Of a stretch of DNA of 64,000 bases, positions 1-8,070 are shown piece by piece. Where the stretch lies: positions 202,626-266,625 of the forward strand of contig JAOZFG010000004.1 of NCBI GenBank assembly GCA_027491435.1, written 5' to 3'. The position numbers were made by a program, and so were the translations under genes. This DNA comes from Thermoproteota archaeon (GTDB taxonomy: Archaea; Korarchaeota; Korarchaeia; Korarchaeales; Korarchaeaceae). A model generated the notes under the pieces. It saw nothing but the letters and a program-made list of their open reading frames with translations. It did not search any database and was not told the DNA's origin. Each line of letters opens with the position of its first letter. Positions within the stretch are counted from its first letter, which is position 1.

Positions 1-285
1 GCTGGCCACGTTACCTCCGTAGTACCTGATCACCTTGACTATCTCGTCGTAATCAAGCCCCTCTCCCTCTATGACAAGCCTCAACCTCTCTATGTTAGAG
101 TCGTAGTCCTTAACCTCTATGTCAACCCTCGTGACGTTCTTGAGCTCGGACAACCCCTCCGCTATGTCAACTATCGAGGGGTTGTGGGGCTTCACGACGT
201 CCAAGACCAACCTCTTAACGACGACCCTTTTTTCCTCATCGTCCTCAGAAGACGGGGCTTTGAATCCCAGCAACTCTTCTATCAT
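1..285 (-). CDS. DUF211 family protein (3' end runs off the window)
   Basis: Manual translation from ATG 285: MIEELLGF...VKRLVLDVVKPHNPSIVDIAEGLSELKNVTRVDIEV..., matching the RLVLDVxKP signature; G-rich SD upstream; not in the ORF track. Confidence 0.8.
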   Translation of the reverse strand, partial: MIEELLGFKAPSSEDDEEKRVVVKRLVLDVVKPHNPSIVDIAEGLSELKNVTRVDIEVKDYDSNIERLRLVIEGEGLDYDEIVKVIRYYGGNVAS

Positions 286-323
286 CCCCCCGTCTCCCTG
301 GAGGGGAGAGCTTAATTAATTTT

Positions 324-665
324 TCACCTCGTCGATTTCCTCAACTCCATGAAGAGTCGGGCTATTATCTTATTTACGGTCCTTCGGTTCCCTCCTTTAA
401 GCCTGATGACCTTAACCCTGCTTTCGTATCCTTCCGGTACTTCAAAGTCCTTGGAGAATGTGGCTATTATCTTTATTCCCCTCTTCAGGCAGTAGTCCAG
501 TATCTCCTCCTTGCGCCTGTTCCTACCCCTTACTGCACTCCTGGGTTGCCAGACAGCCCCATAACCTAGCATGTTTAACCTCCTCTGCACGCTGAAGTAT
601 AGGTCCCTAGGTACCGTCCTATCGAAGAAGAAAGGCGTCTTATACCTGGGCCTCCTCTTGGGCAT
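324..665 (-). CDS. Small PIN-like (DUF5615/Mut7-C-like) protein
   Basis: FFFD near N-terminus, EEILDYC helix and IATFSKDF resembling TxDxDF; overlaps dtdA end. Confidence 0.5.
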   Translation of the reverse strand: MPKRRPRYKTPFFFDRTVPRDLYFSVQRRLNMLGYGAVWQPRSAVRGRNRRKEEILDYCLKRGIKIIATFSKDFEVPEGYESRVKVIRLKGGNRRTVNKIIARLFMELRKSTR

Positions 666-1455
666 CTCTAAGTAACTTCTTGACCCTTACTCTTTTTAAC
701 CCCAGCTCGTCAAGGGCATCTTCTATTCTGCGCCTGTCATCGCCTCTTAATCCTTTAGCGTCCACTATTGCCAAAGAGGGCTTCTCCCCATTCCTATCGA
801 TGGCCATCTCTATCATAACCTTGTCTACGTGACCGGCGTCGTGCTTACGAGCCGCATGCCCTATCGCTATGTCAGTCATAAGCTCCACCTTGGTGAAGTG
901 ATCGTTCACATGGGGCCCGCCGAAGGCTATTGCTGCCCTGTATTTGTAGGGATTCCAAGACTCTAAAGCCTTTATAACTGCTTTAGCCGCGACCTTTATG
1001 GCCTTAGCGTCATTCCACGCCCTCTCATCACATCCTATTTCCAAGAAGGCCATAGGAACGTCCAAAGTCGGGCCATGATGTGTGGGCTCGAAGCCCACCT
1101 CGTAACCTATCTTCTCGGCCCCTTCCTTCACTGAGAGGAGATATTCCTTCATGAGCGAGGGAATCGCCACTCCAAGCTTGTAGGGCTCGCCCCCGTACCT
1201 AGCTGGACCGAAGTTCCCGGGAACGTGAGCTGTAAATATGGGCCTTCCGGGAGTCCCGCTGTGCCTTGAAAGGACGACTAAATAGTCGAACCCAGTGAAC
1301 TCATCGCCCTTCATGTACAGGACCTCCCTCTCGAAGGAAATGAGTTCGTACTTCCTACCAGACAGCGAGAATTGTTCGCCCATCACGGACTTTATCTCCC
1401 TCGCCATGTTGACTCCTGCAACGTCTCTCAACGAGTATAGCAGACCCACTTTCAT
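640..1455 (-). CDS. dtdA: D-aminoacyl-tRNA deacylase (archaeal DTD2)
   Basis: SRHS, TAHVPGN, EPTHHGPT, FLEIG and FGGPH motifs. Confidence 0.92.
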   Translation of the reverse strand: MKVGLLYSLRDVAGVNMAREIKSVMGEQFSLSGRKYELISFEREVLYMKGDEFTGFDYLVVLSRHSGTPGRPIFTAHVPGNFGPARYGGEPYKLGVAIPSLMKEYLLSVKEGAEKIGYEVGFEPTHHGPTLDVPMAFLEIGCDERAWNDAKAIKVAAKAVIKALESWNPYKYRAAIAFGGPHVNDHFTKVELMTDIAIGHAARKHDAGHVDKVMIEMAIDRNGEKPSLAIVDAKGLRGDDRRRIEDALDELGLKRVRVKKLLRDAQEEAQV

Positions 1456-1507
1456 AAACTGGTATACTGGCGACTCTTTTTTAAAGGCGAGCCATCAAAC
1501 TAGCTAG

Positions 1508-2068
1508 ATGGACTTACACAGGGCGATAGCACTCACCATATCCCCCATTACAGTGGCAGCCATAACGTCGGCGACCCTACTTAAAGGAGTAGACTTGCTG
1601 GTGGCCATGATACTGCTGGTTTTGCTACCTCCAGCTCCAATAGTACTTAAGTCGGTTAGGGATGAGGAAGGATTCGATCTGCTCGTGCCCGATAGGTTCA
1701 TGAGGGGGAAGTTCTTCCTTTTCGCCCTGATCAGCTATTTCCTGGCCACTGCCTACTTTTACCTCAGAAGGGTGACCCTGGGGACCATGCTATCCCTTTC
1801 CTACCTCTTAGTCACGGCCTCCATGTACCTGTTTAACAAGAGGCTCACTAAGGTGAGCGTTCACGCGGCTGGAATAGTGGGTCCTTCGACCCTGCTCACC
1901 TGCGTCGGCAAGTTAGAAGTAGCGGCGGCCCTATGGGCCTTAACCCCTGTGGTGCTCTGGTCTAGGTGGAAGTCCAAATCGCACAGCATGGGTCAGCTGG
2001 CCTTAGGGGTGACTCTGGCCGTAGCCCTGACCCTGCTCGTCTACTGGACTTTCCTCCCAGTATTTTAG
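1508..2068 (+). CDS. PAP2-superfamily membrane phosphatase-like protein
   Basis: About 6 TM segments; KVSVH and WSRWKSKSHS resemble PAP2 C2/C3 motifs. Confidence 0.65.
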   Translation: MDLHRAIALTISPITVAAITSATLLKGVDLLVAMILLVLLPPAPIVLKSVRDEEGFDLLVPDRFMRGKFFLFALISYFLATAYFYLRRVTLGTMLSLSYLLVTASMYLFNKRLTKVSVHAAGIVGPSTLLTCVGKLEVAAALWALTPVVLWSRWKSKSHSMGQLALGVTLAVALTLLVYWTFLPVF

Positions 2069-2824
2069 AAACAGGTCCTTAGACACTCTGTAGTAGATGT
2101 ACTCGCTCACATGGGGCTCTAAGGTGACGGTGCCCTTGTATCCAACGTCCCTTATCCTTCCTATTACCTCATGCCACGGTATCTTGCCGGCGCCAACGGG
2201 TAAGTGGAGGTCCCTCCTCATGTCATTATCATGGACGTGTATGTGGAGGATCCTGTTTGCGAGGCGCAAGTAGGACTTGAACTTGTCTAACCCCCCGTTA
2301 ATGAACGAATGGGCGACGTCAAATGTCATCCCTAAGTCAGGGATGTTATCCAGCAAGTACCTTATGTCAGATGGTGAGGAGAAGGCGCCGTGATCGACGT
2401 TCTCCACTAAGGGTAGTGAGCTATAGTTCTTGCTCAAGACCACTATCTCTCTAAAACCCTTCAAGTTGTACTCGCGAGCCTTATCCCTAACCGCGGCCAG
2501 CCAACCTGGAGTAAACGGGTGAAATGTTACGTAGGGGGACTCTATCCTGTCAGCAACTCTGAGGATCTCCTCTGCCACCTTCAAGGCCCCCCTCCTCACG
2601 TGCTCGTAGGGATGGCCTATCTCCAGGTACCAGGGCGCGTGTACTAGGAAGAAGGCGCCGGTGGAAGAGACGTCAGACAACCACCTCATCATTGATTCGT
2701 CTACTGTTCCCTTGGGCCATTCAACTGTTATCTCAACGTATTCAAATCCCAAGGACAATATAGATTCCACCTCGTCCTTAAGAGGGAGGTGCGGGTTGTT
2801 CATCACGCCGAACATTAAGTCCAT
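2003..2824 (-). CDS. Sugar phosphate isomerase/epimerase (AP endonuclease 2 TIM-barrel) family protein
   Basis: VHAP, VEN, FDVAH, HIHVHDN, DLHLPVGAG and LEP metal-binding motifs. Confidence 0.85.
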   Translation of the reverse strand: MDLMFGVMNNPHLPLKDEVESILSLGFEYVEITVEWPKGTVDESMMRWLSDVSSTGAFFLVHAPWYLEIGHPYEHVRRGALKVAEEILRVADRIESPYVTFHPFTPGWLAAVRDKAREYNLKGFREIVVLSKNYSSLPLVENVDHGAFSSPSDIRYLLDNIPDLGMTFDVAHSFINGGLDKFKSYLRLANRILHIHVHDNDMRRDLHLPVGAGKIPWHEVIGRIRDVGYKGTVTLEPHVSEYIYYRVSKDLFLKYWEESPVDEQGQGYGQSHP

Positions 2825-2979
2825 CTAGCTCCCCCTAATTTGAGTAAATCCCGGTAGGGGTCATAACCCTGACCTAGTAAAAACGTAGCTGACCTCCTCA
2901 GCAGGTGAGACGTGACCTCTAATACGGGGCCCCGACAAGAGGGGTCATAATTTTAACTGAAGGACGACGACTAACCCAG

Positions 2980-4188
2980 ATGAACTTATACGAAGCTGTG
3001 CTGGCTAGCGTGTTAGAGTGGTTCCCAGTACAGCCTACAGGCTCCGGACACTTAGCTGGTTTAGCTGGTTTACTCTTACTGAAGGAAAGGAGGATCTCAA
3101 AGGGAAGCGCGATCACTGGGCTGATTACATCAGCGGTTCTAGCTGTGATGGTAGGTTGGTGGGCCAATTACGAGGACGAAGTTATAGGAGGCCTTCTAGG
3201 GGTGGGACTGTCTGTTATAGGCCTATTCGCCCTATTCTTCCTAAAGTTAAACCTTCTCGCTGTTGAAGAGGGCAGATCCCCTGACGTGATGGACGCCTTC
3301 GTCTCCGGCTTTGCCCAAGGGATTAGCACGATAGGTTTCGGTGGAACGGGCCTCTCCATAGCCCTGCTGACCTCTTCAGGGGTGAACTTCAAAGACGCCG
3401 TGCTGCTCTCCTCAATAACATCGATTCCAGTGGCTCTAGTAACCATTAGACTCACTCCCGCGTCGCTAGCCCAATTAGCTTTAGGAGCCCTGATATCGCT
3501 GTCTCTTCACAAAATCGACGTCAAAGCAACTAAAGTAGGCCTGATGTACGACCTAATGATTTTAATGAACCTGAACCAGGTGTGGAAAGTTCAGGAGAGG
3601 ATGGAGTTCTATCAGCAGGTAGAAGAGGAGATAGTCGGCTGGGTTAAGAAGTACGGGGGCGCAGGAGTCTTCATGGCTATGGTAGCACAATCAGTAATTT
3701 CCCCTATACCTGCTGACGCCGTCTTAGTGGCCGCTGGAGCTCTTGGACTTTCTCCTATAGAAGTTGGGATATACGGTGGGCTGGGAATAGTGATTGGTTC
3801 GATGGTGAATTACGGCATAGGTAGGATGTTCGGGAAGAGGTTACTGGACTCTTACTTCAAGGAGGAGTTCTTAGAGGAAGTCCACAAGTGGTTTGACAAG
3901 TGGGGGGGCTGGATAGTCTTCTTTTCGAGGCTAATACCTTTTCTTCCAATAGATATAATCTCTTACGTGGCGGGCGCAACCTACATGAACCCGCTTGTGT
4001 TCTTCATGTCCAACTTGCTGGCCGTGGTGCCTAGAGCCATGTTCTTCGGGTACGTCGGCGAGATGCTTATGAAGGGCAGGTGGGAAATGCTAATAGCGGC
4101 CCTGGCCTTAATAGTTGGAGGGGCCCTAATAGGCTACAAGGTGCAGAGAAGGAGAAGGTCTAAGGGGCCCGTAGCTCAGCAAGGATAG
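2980..4188 (+). CDS. Fusion of degenerate UppP/BacA-like domain and DedA/VTT (SNARE-associated) domain
   Basis: N-terminal LEWFPVQPTGSGHL and DAFVSGFAQG resemble BacA motifs; C-terminal PIPAD, YGIGR and FFSRLIPFLP are DedA motifs. Confidence 0.75.
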   Translation: MNLYEAVLASVLEWFPVQPTGSGHLAGLAGLLLLKERRISKGSAITGLITSAVLAVMVGWWANYEDEVIGGLLGVGLSVIGLFALFFLKLNLLAVEEGRSPDVMDAFVSGFAQGISTIGFGGTGLSIALLTSSGVNFKDAVLLSSITSIPVALVTIRLTPASLAQLALGALISLSLHKIDVKATKVGLMYDLMILMNLNQVWKVQERMEFYQQVEEEIVGWVKKYGGAGVFMAMVAQSVISPIPADAVLVAAGALGLSPIEVGIYGGLGIVIGSMVNYGIGRMFGKRLLDSYFKEEFLEEVHKWFDKWGGWIVFFSRLIPFLPIDIISYVAGATYMNPLVFFMSNLLAVVPRAMFFGYVGEMLMKGRWEMLIAALALIVGGALIGYKVQRRRRSKGPVAQQG

Positions 4189-4239
4189 AGCGGCGGCCTT
4201 CGGAGCCGCAGGTCGGGGGTTCAAGTCCCCCCGGGCCCG
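4165..4239 (+). tRNA. tRNA-Arg (anticodon TCG), intronless, CCA not encoded
   Basis: Acceptor GGGCCCG/CGGGCCC, D arm TAGCTCAGCAAGGATAGAGC, anticodon arm GCGGC-CTTCGGA-GCCGC, T arm GGGGG-TTCAAGT-CCCCC; followed by a T-run. Confidence 0.96.
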
Positions 4240-4387
4240 TTTTTGCTCCAACCCTTAGCTGGACCCGCTATTTTAAGAGCTGACGGGCGCGGGCCTTCCT
4301 AAATTCAGTTTACTATACAACGAATATAATGTAAAAGGAATACATTAAAAAACAAAATATAAAAACTAGGGGGAGGCCGGCTGACCT

Positions 4388-4618
4388 TTACTTCTTCCAG
4401 ATAGCCTCGACGGCAAGCTCTATATCCCTGTCGGTTACGGTCTTCCTTTTGGCATGCCTAGCAAGGTCAACAGCATACTTGCTGACCTCATGGGCGAACT
4501 TCTCAAGGTAGTAGGCCAGTCTGGCCTTGGCCTCATCGCTAACCCTCTCGGCACCGGCCTCCTTAATTATCCTATATATGGGAGCTAGGGGTAGGTGCTT
4601 GGTCGGCCGCTGGGGCAT
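4388..4618 (-). CDS. Archaeal histone (HMf family)
   Basis: LPLAPIYRIIKEAGAERVS...HAKRKTVTDRDIELA; ATG 4618 chosen because GAGGTGA SD lies just upstream. Confidence 0.95.
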   Translation of the reverse strand: MPQRPTKHLPLAPIYRIIKEAGAERVSDEAKARLAYYLEKFAHEVSKYAVDLARHAKRKTVTDRDIELAVEAIWKK

Positions 4619-5269
4619 ACGTCTCACCTCTTAACAAACCCTACTATAGGGCTACGTATTCTCGTGGATGGATAAATATAAGTATTTCCCATGAGGGTGC
4701 ATCTCCACCTCCATAAAATCGGGTGAAACAGTTTCAACCAGCATCATGATGGGATCAGGTGAAATTATGGGAATTAAGGGGTCAAATCACCTGAGAGCTA
4801 GTATCATATATATCATCAATTATACCAAGAATTACAATCTAAAATAATATTATCCCAATTTAGTAACTATTATTTTTGTTAATAGTTATTGTTTACCTAA
4901 TTATGTTGATAAGCTCTCTCAATCATTGGATGATCGGTAGAGTCGCCATATGCCGCTATTTCATAGTTATATAAGTAGTTGGATGTATGATCATCGAGCA
5001 TTTGATTCAGGAAGCTTCATAAAGGATATGGCCTACATATGACAGTCACATGGTTAATGGAGCCTCTAATGACGATTATCAAAAAATATAATAATATTGG
5101 AAAATTTAATTAATTATATAAAATTAAAATGTTGACAGATGGACTCTAATTGGTCAATAAACTCCCGCAGGATCTAATTATGTTCCAAGCCGAACGGAGA
5201 TGCCAGAGCCACCACATGTCGGAACGGCACCAATAAATAGGGCCGTGTGGCCATGGAAGTGGGGATCAA

Positions 5270-5953
5270 ATGGAGAGTAAGGTGGCCATTCTCTGCTCAA
5301 CTGATTTCTTTTGGGGGACTGAGCCGGTCGATTTGATAAATTTTCTAAGAAAAAGCGGGTGTGATGGCATAATTTTGTCAACAGAACCTCCTCACTATTT
5401 CCCGCCTAACATGAACAAGGCAACCCTTTTAGAGCTGAGGGCCCTCCTTAAGAGGTTTGAGGGGATAGTGACCGTTAGAGCTCCCACAACAGATGTTAAC
5501 ATGTTTTCGAAAAATCCTTATGTGGCAAAAGCATCTCTCCAGTCCATACTTGAGGGAATTAACCTGGCAGCCAAGCTGGACCCTGACTTCGTTATAGTGA
5601 GGCCGAGTTACAGGCCTGTGGAGATGTCCCCTTACAACACCCACAAACTCAAGTCGCTGATCCAGAGGATCCCCCGTAGCATGTATGTGGCTTTTGAACT
5701 GTTCAACTCGCCAGAAGACCTCTCAATATTTGATGAGAGGACTGCATTAATTTCAGTGGCCGGGTACAGACCCGCTAGGCGGAGGGTCGTGGGAGTGGCC
5801 TACGAAGTTGAGGGTCCAGAGGAGATGAGGCTGATCCCCGGAATAACGTCCTTGAAGTACATGCTCCTTTACCCGAAGAGGAGGTTAATGGACCCAGATT
5901 TCCTGAAAAAAATAGTTGTTAGGGCGAGGGAGCTGAGGGAGAGGATCATTTAG
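5270..5953 (+). CDS. Degenerate AP endonuclease 2/sugar isomerase TIM-barrel protein
   Basis: N-terminal half (VRAPTTDVNMFSKNPYV...SILEGINLAAKL) follows the family pattern, but the metal-binding His/Asp residues are missing. Confidence 0.55.
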   Translation: MESKVAILCSTDFFWGTEPVDLINFLRKSGCDGIILSTEPPHYFPPNMNKATLLELRALLKRFEGIVTVRAPTTDVNMFSKNPYVAKASLQSILEGINLAAKLDPDFVIVRPSYRPVEMSPYNTHKLKSLIQRIPRSMYVAFELFNSPEDLSIFDERTALISVAGYRPARRRVVGVAYEVEGPEEMRLIPGITSLKYMLLYPKRRLMDPDFLKKIVVRARELRERII

Positions 5954-6696
5954 AGGTAAACCTCCTGCCTCTCCCATCCCTCCAAAATTCTCTCAATCTC
6001 CTCCTTGATTAGGCCGATCAACCTGTTTGCATACTCCTCAGCTTTTTCAGGTGAAGGCACGAAAACCCTAGTGTTCGGTTCGTAGGTTAGTATGGAGCCA
6101 GGAGCCGGCATGACGGATACTCCTTTGCTGTACTGGTAGACCTCTCCCTCGTCCACATTCCCCTTAACCAGCCTGTGGTCTACAGCCATTATCATGGCCG
6201 TCTCGTCAGTGCCAGCGTGGCCTCCAGGGGTACCAAAAACCTCCTTAGCCACTTCAGAGCCCAGCTCCCACCAATTGATTACGGCGCTCCTAACCCCGTG
6301 TTCCAACCAAGCTCTCTTCATGGCCGATTTTATGGCCTCCATGTGCCCTCCTCCGCCATGTCCGTTTATTATTATCACCTTCTCAAGCCCATTAGCGTGG
6401 AGCTCAACTAGGGCGTCGTAAATCAACGATTCGAAGGTCTCCTTCCTAAGAGTTAGGGACCCCCAGTAGCCGCTGAGGGAGCTGACAACCCCGTACCTTA
6501 TTGGAGGCGCTATAAGGGCGTTCAGGTCCTCAGCTATTCGCTCAGCGATCCACTCAGGTATTAGGAAGTCGGTGCCCAGGGGCAAGTGATTTCCATGGGC
6601 CTCATTTACTCCTACGGGGAGTAGAGCCACATCAGTGTCCTCCAAAGCCTCCCTGAATTCAGGCCAGCTCAAGAGCCACATCCTCCTCTCCATCAC
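5950..6696 (-). CDS. Creatininase-family amidohydrolase
   Basis: PVGxxEAHGNHLPLGTD, NGHGG and HAGTDET motifs. Confidence 0.9.
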   Translation of the reverse strand: MMERRMWLLSWPEFREALEDTDVALLPVGVNEAHGNHLPLGTDFLIPEWIAERIAEDLNALIAPPIRYGVVSSLSGYWGSLTLRKETFESLIYDALVELHANGLEKVIIINGHGGGGHMEAIKSAMKRAWLEHGVRSAVINWWELGSEVAKEVFGTPGGHAGTDETAMIMAVDHRLVKGNVDEGEVYQYSKGVSVMPAPGSILTYEPNTRVFVPSPEKAEEYANRLIGLIKEEIERILEGWERQEVYL

Positions 6697-8027
6697 ATCA
6701 CCTCCTTAAGAAACTCGTCTATAACATCTTCAAGGGTTAGCGGACCTATCTCCTGCAGTTCGTACTTGACGTGCACTGTCGGCTTGTTGACTTTGAGGTA
6801 GCGACCCAGGTCAGTGGGAGTGCCAAGCACTATAGAGTCGGCGGGTATCCTGTTCAATATGTCCTCCAGCTCCTTTATCTGCCTCTTGCTGTAGCCTACG
6901 GCTGGTAGGACCTCCCTAAGGTGGGTGTACTTCTCATAAACCTCCTTGTACGAGCCTGTCACGTAAGGCCTGGGGTCAACGATCTCAGCCCCTAACCTCT
7001 TGGATATCAAGTAACCGGCCCCGTAGCCCATCTCCCCATGGGTCACTGTTGGACCATCCTCGACGACCACTACCCTCTTGCCAGATACCAGATTCGGCTT
7101 GTCCACGATGAAGGGCACGGCAGCCATTATCACCTTGGCCTTCGGGTTCACCTTCCTGACGTTGCTCAACACCTCCTCCACCTGCTCGTTACATGCCGTG
7201 TCCACCTTACTCACTATTATGACGTCGGCCATCCTGACGTTTACGCTTCCTGGCCAATAAGTTAGCTCATGACCAGCCCTCAAGGGATCCACGACGGTTA
7301 TCATGAGGTCTGGCTTGAAGAACGGGAAGTCGTTGTTGCCCCCATCCCACAGAATTACGTCCCCCTCCTTCTCAGCCTCTCTCAACACCTTCTCGTAATC
7401 TACTCCGGCAAGTACAACGTTTCCTAGCCTTATATGGGGCTCATAGTCTTCCCTCTCCTCTATGGTAGCCTCATACCTGTCCAAATCATCCAGACTTGTG
7501 AACTTCTGCACTACCTGTTTTCTAAGGTCTCCATAGGGCATAGGATGCCTTACCACCGCAACCTTTAGCCCCCTGGCCTTCAAGATTTGCGAGACCCTCC
7601 GGCTAGTTGGACTCTTGCCTGCCCCCGTTCTAACCGCCGTTACCGCTATGACTGGCTTTGAGGCCTCTAACATGGTGCTTTTAGGACCTAGGAGCATGAA
7701 ATCAGCTCCATGAGCTTGGGCTAGGGCAGCTCTCTCCATTATGTACTGGTGAGACACGTCGCTGTAGGAGAAGACCACCAGGTCGACGTCGTTCTCCTCA
7801 ATCAGCTTTGGGAGCTCCTCTTCAGGAACTATGGGGATCCCTTCCGGATAAAGTCGGCCCGCCAGCTCTGGCGGATATGTCCGGCCGGCTATCTCAGGCA
7901 GCTGTGCGGCGGTAAAGGCTACTACCCTATAATCCTCGTTATCCCTGAAGAAGACGTTGAAGTTGTGGAAGTCCCTACCGGCCGCACCCATAATTATGAC
8001 TTTCCTTACCATGGTCACCCCCATCAC
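6693..8027 (-). CDS. cDPGS-like P-loop ligase (COG2403), arginine synthetase ArcE-like
   Basis: GAAGRDFHNFN N-terminus, RTGAGKS P-loop, RHPMPYGDL, TIEEREDYEPH, WDGGNND and EDGPT motifs. Confidence 0.85.
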   Translation of the reverse strand: MMGVTMVRKVIIMGAAGRDFHNFNVFFRDNEDYRVVAFTAAQLPEIAGRTYPPELAGRLYPEGIPIVPEEELPKLIEENDVDLVVFSYSDVSHQYIMERAALAQAHGADFMLLGPKSTMLEASKPVIAVTAVRTGAGKSPTSRRVSQILKARGLKVAVVRHPMPYGDLRKQVVQKFTSLDDLDRYEATIEEREDYEPHIRLGNVVLAGVDYEKVLREAEKEGDVILWDGGNNDFPFFKPDLMITVVDPLRAGHELTYWPGSVNVRMADVIIVSKVDTACNEQVEEVLSNVRKVNPKAKVIMAAVPFIVDKPNLVSGKRVVVVEDGPTVTHGEMGYGAGYLISKRLGAEIVDPRPYVTGSYKEVYEKYTHLREVLPAVGYSKRQIKELEDILNRIPADSIVLGTPTDLGRYLKVNKPTVHVKYELQEIGPLTLEDVIDEFLKEVM

Positions 8028-8070
8028 CTACTAGGAAAAGGCTTTAACGTTTACCTGCTCGGGAAAGCCC

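Noticed and set aside
324-665. Toxin-antitoxin module around the PIN-like gene
   Set aside because: No adjacent antitoxin; the gene sits between housekeeping genes and its acidic site looks incomplete
4746-4793. Possible C/D box sRNA (ATGATGG...CTGA)
   Set aside because: The C box is imperfect and there are no clear internal D'/C' boxes
4165-5269. Integrated element at tRNA-Arg
   Set aside because: No integrase and no repeat of the tRNA 3' end was seen in the window
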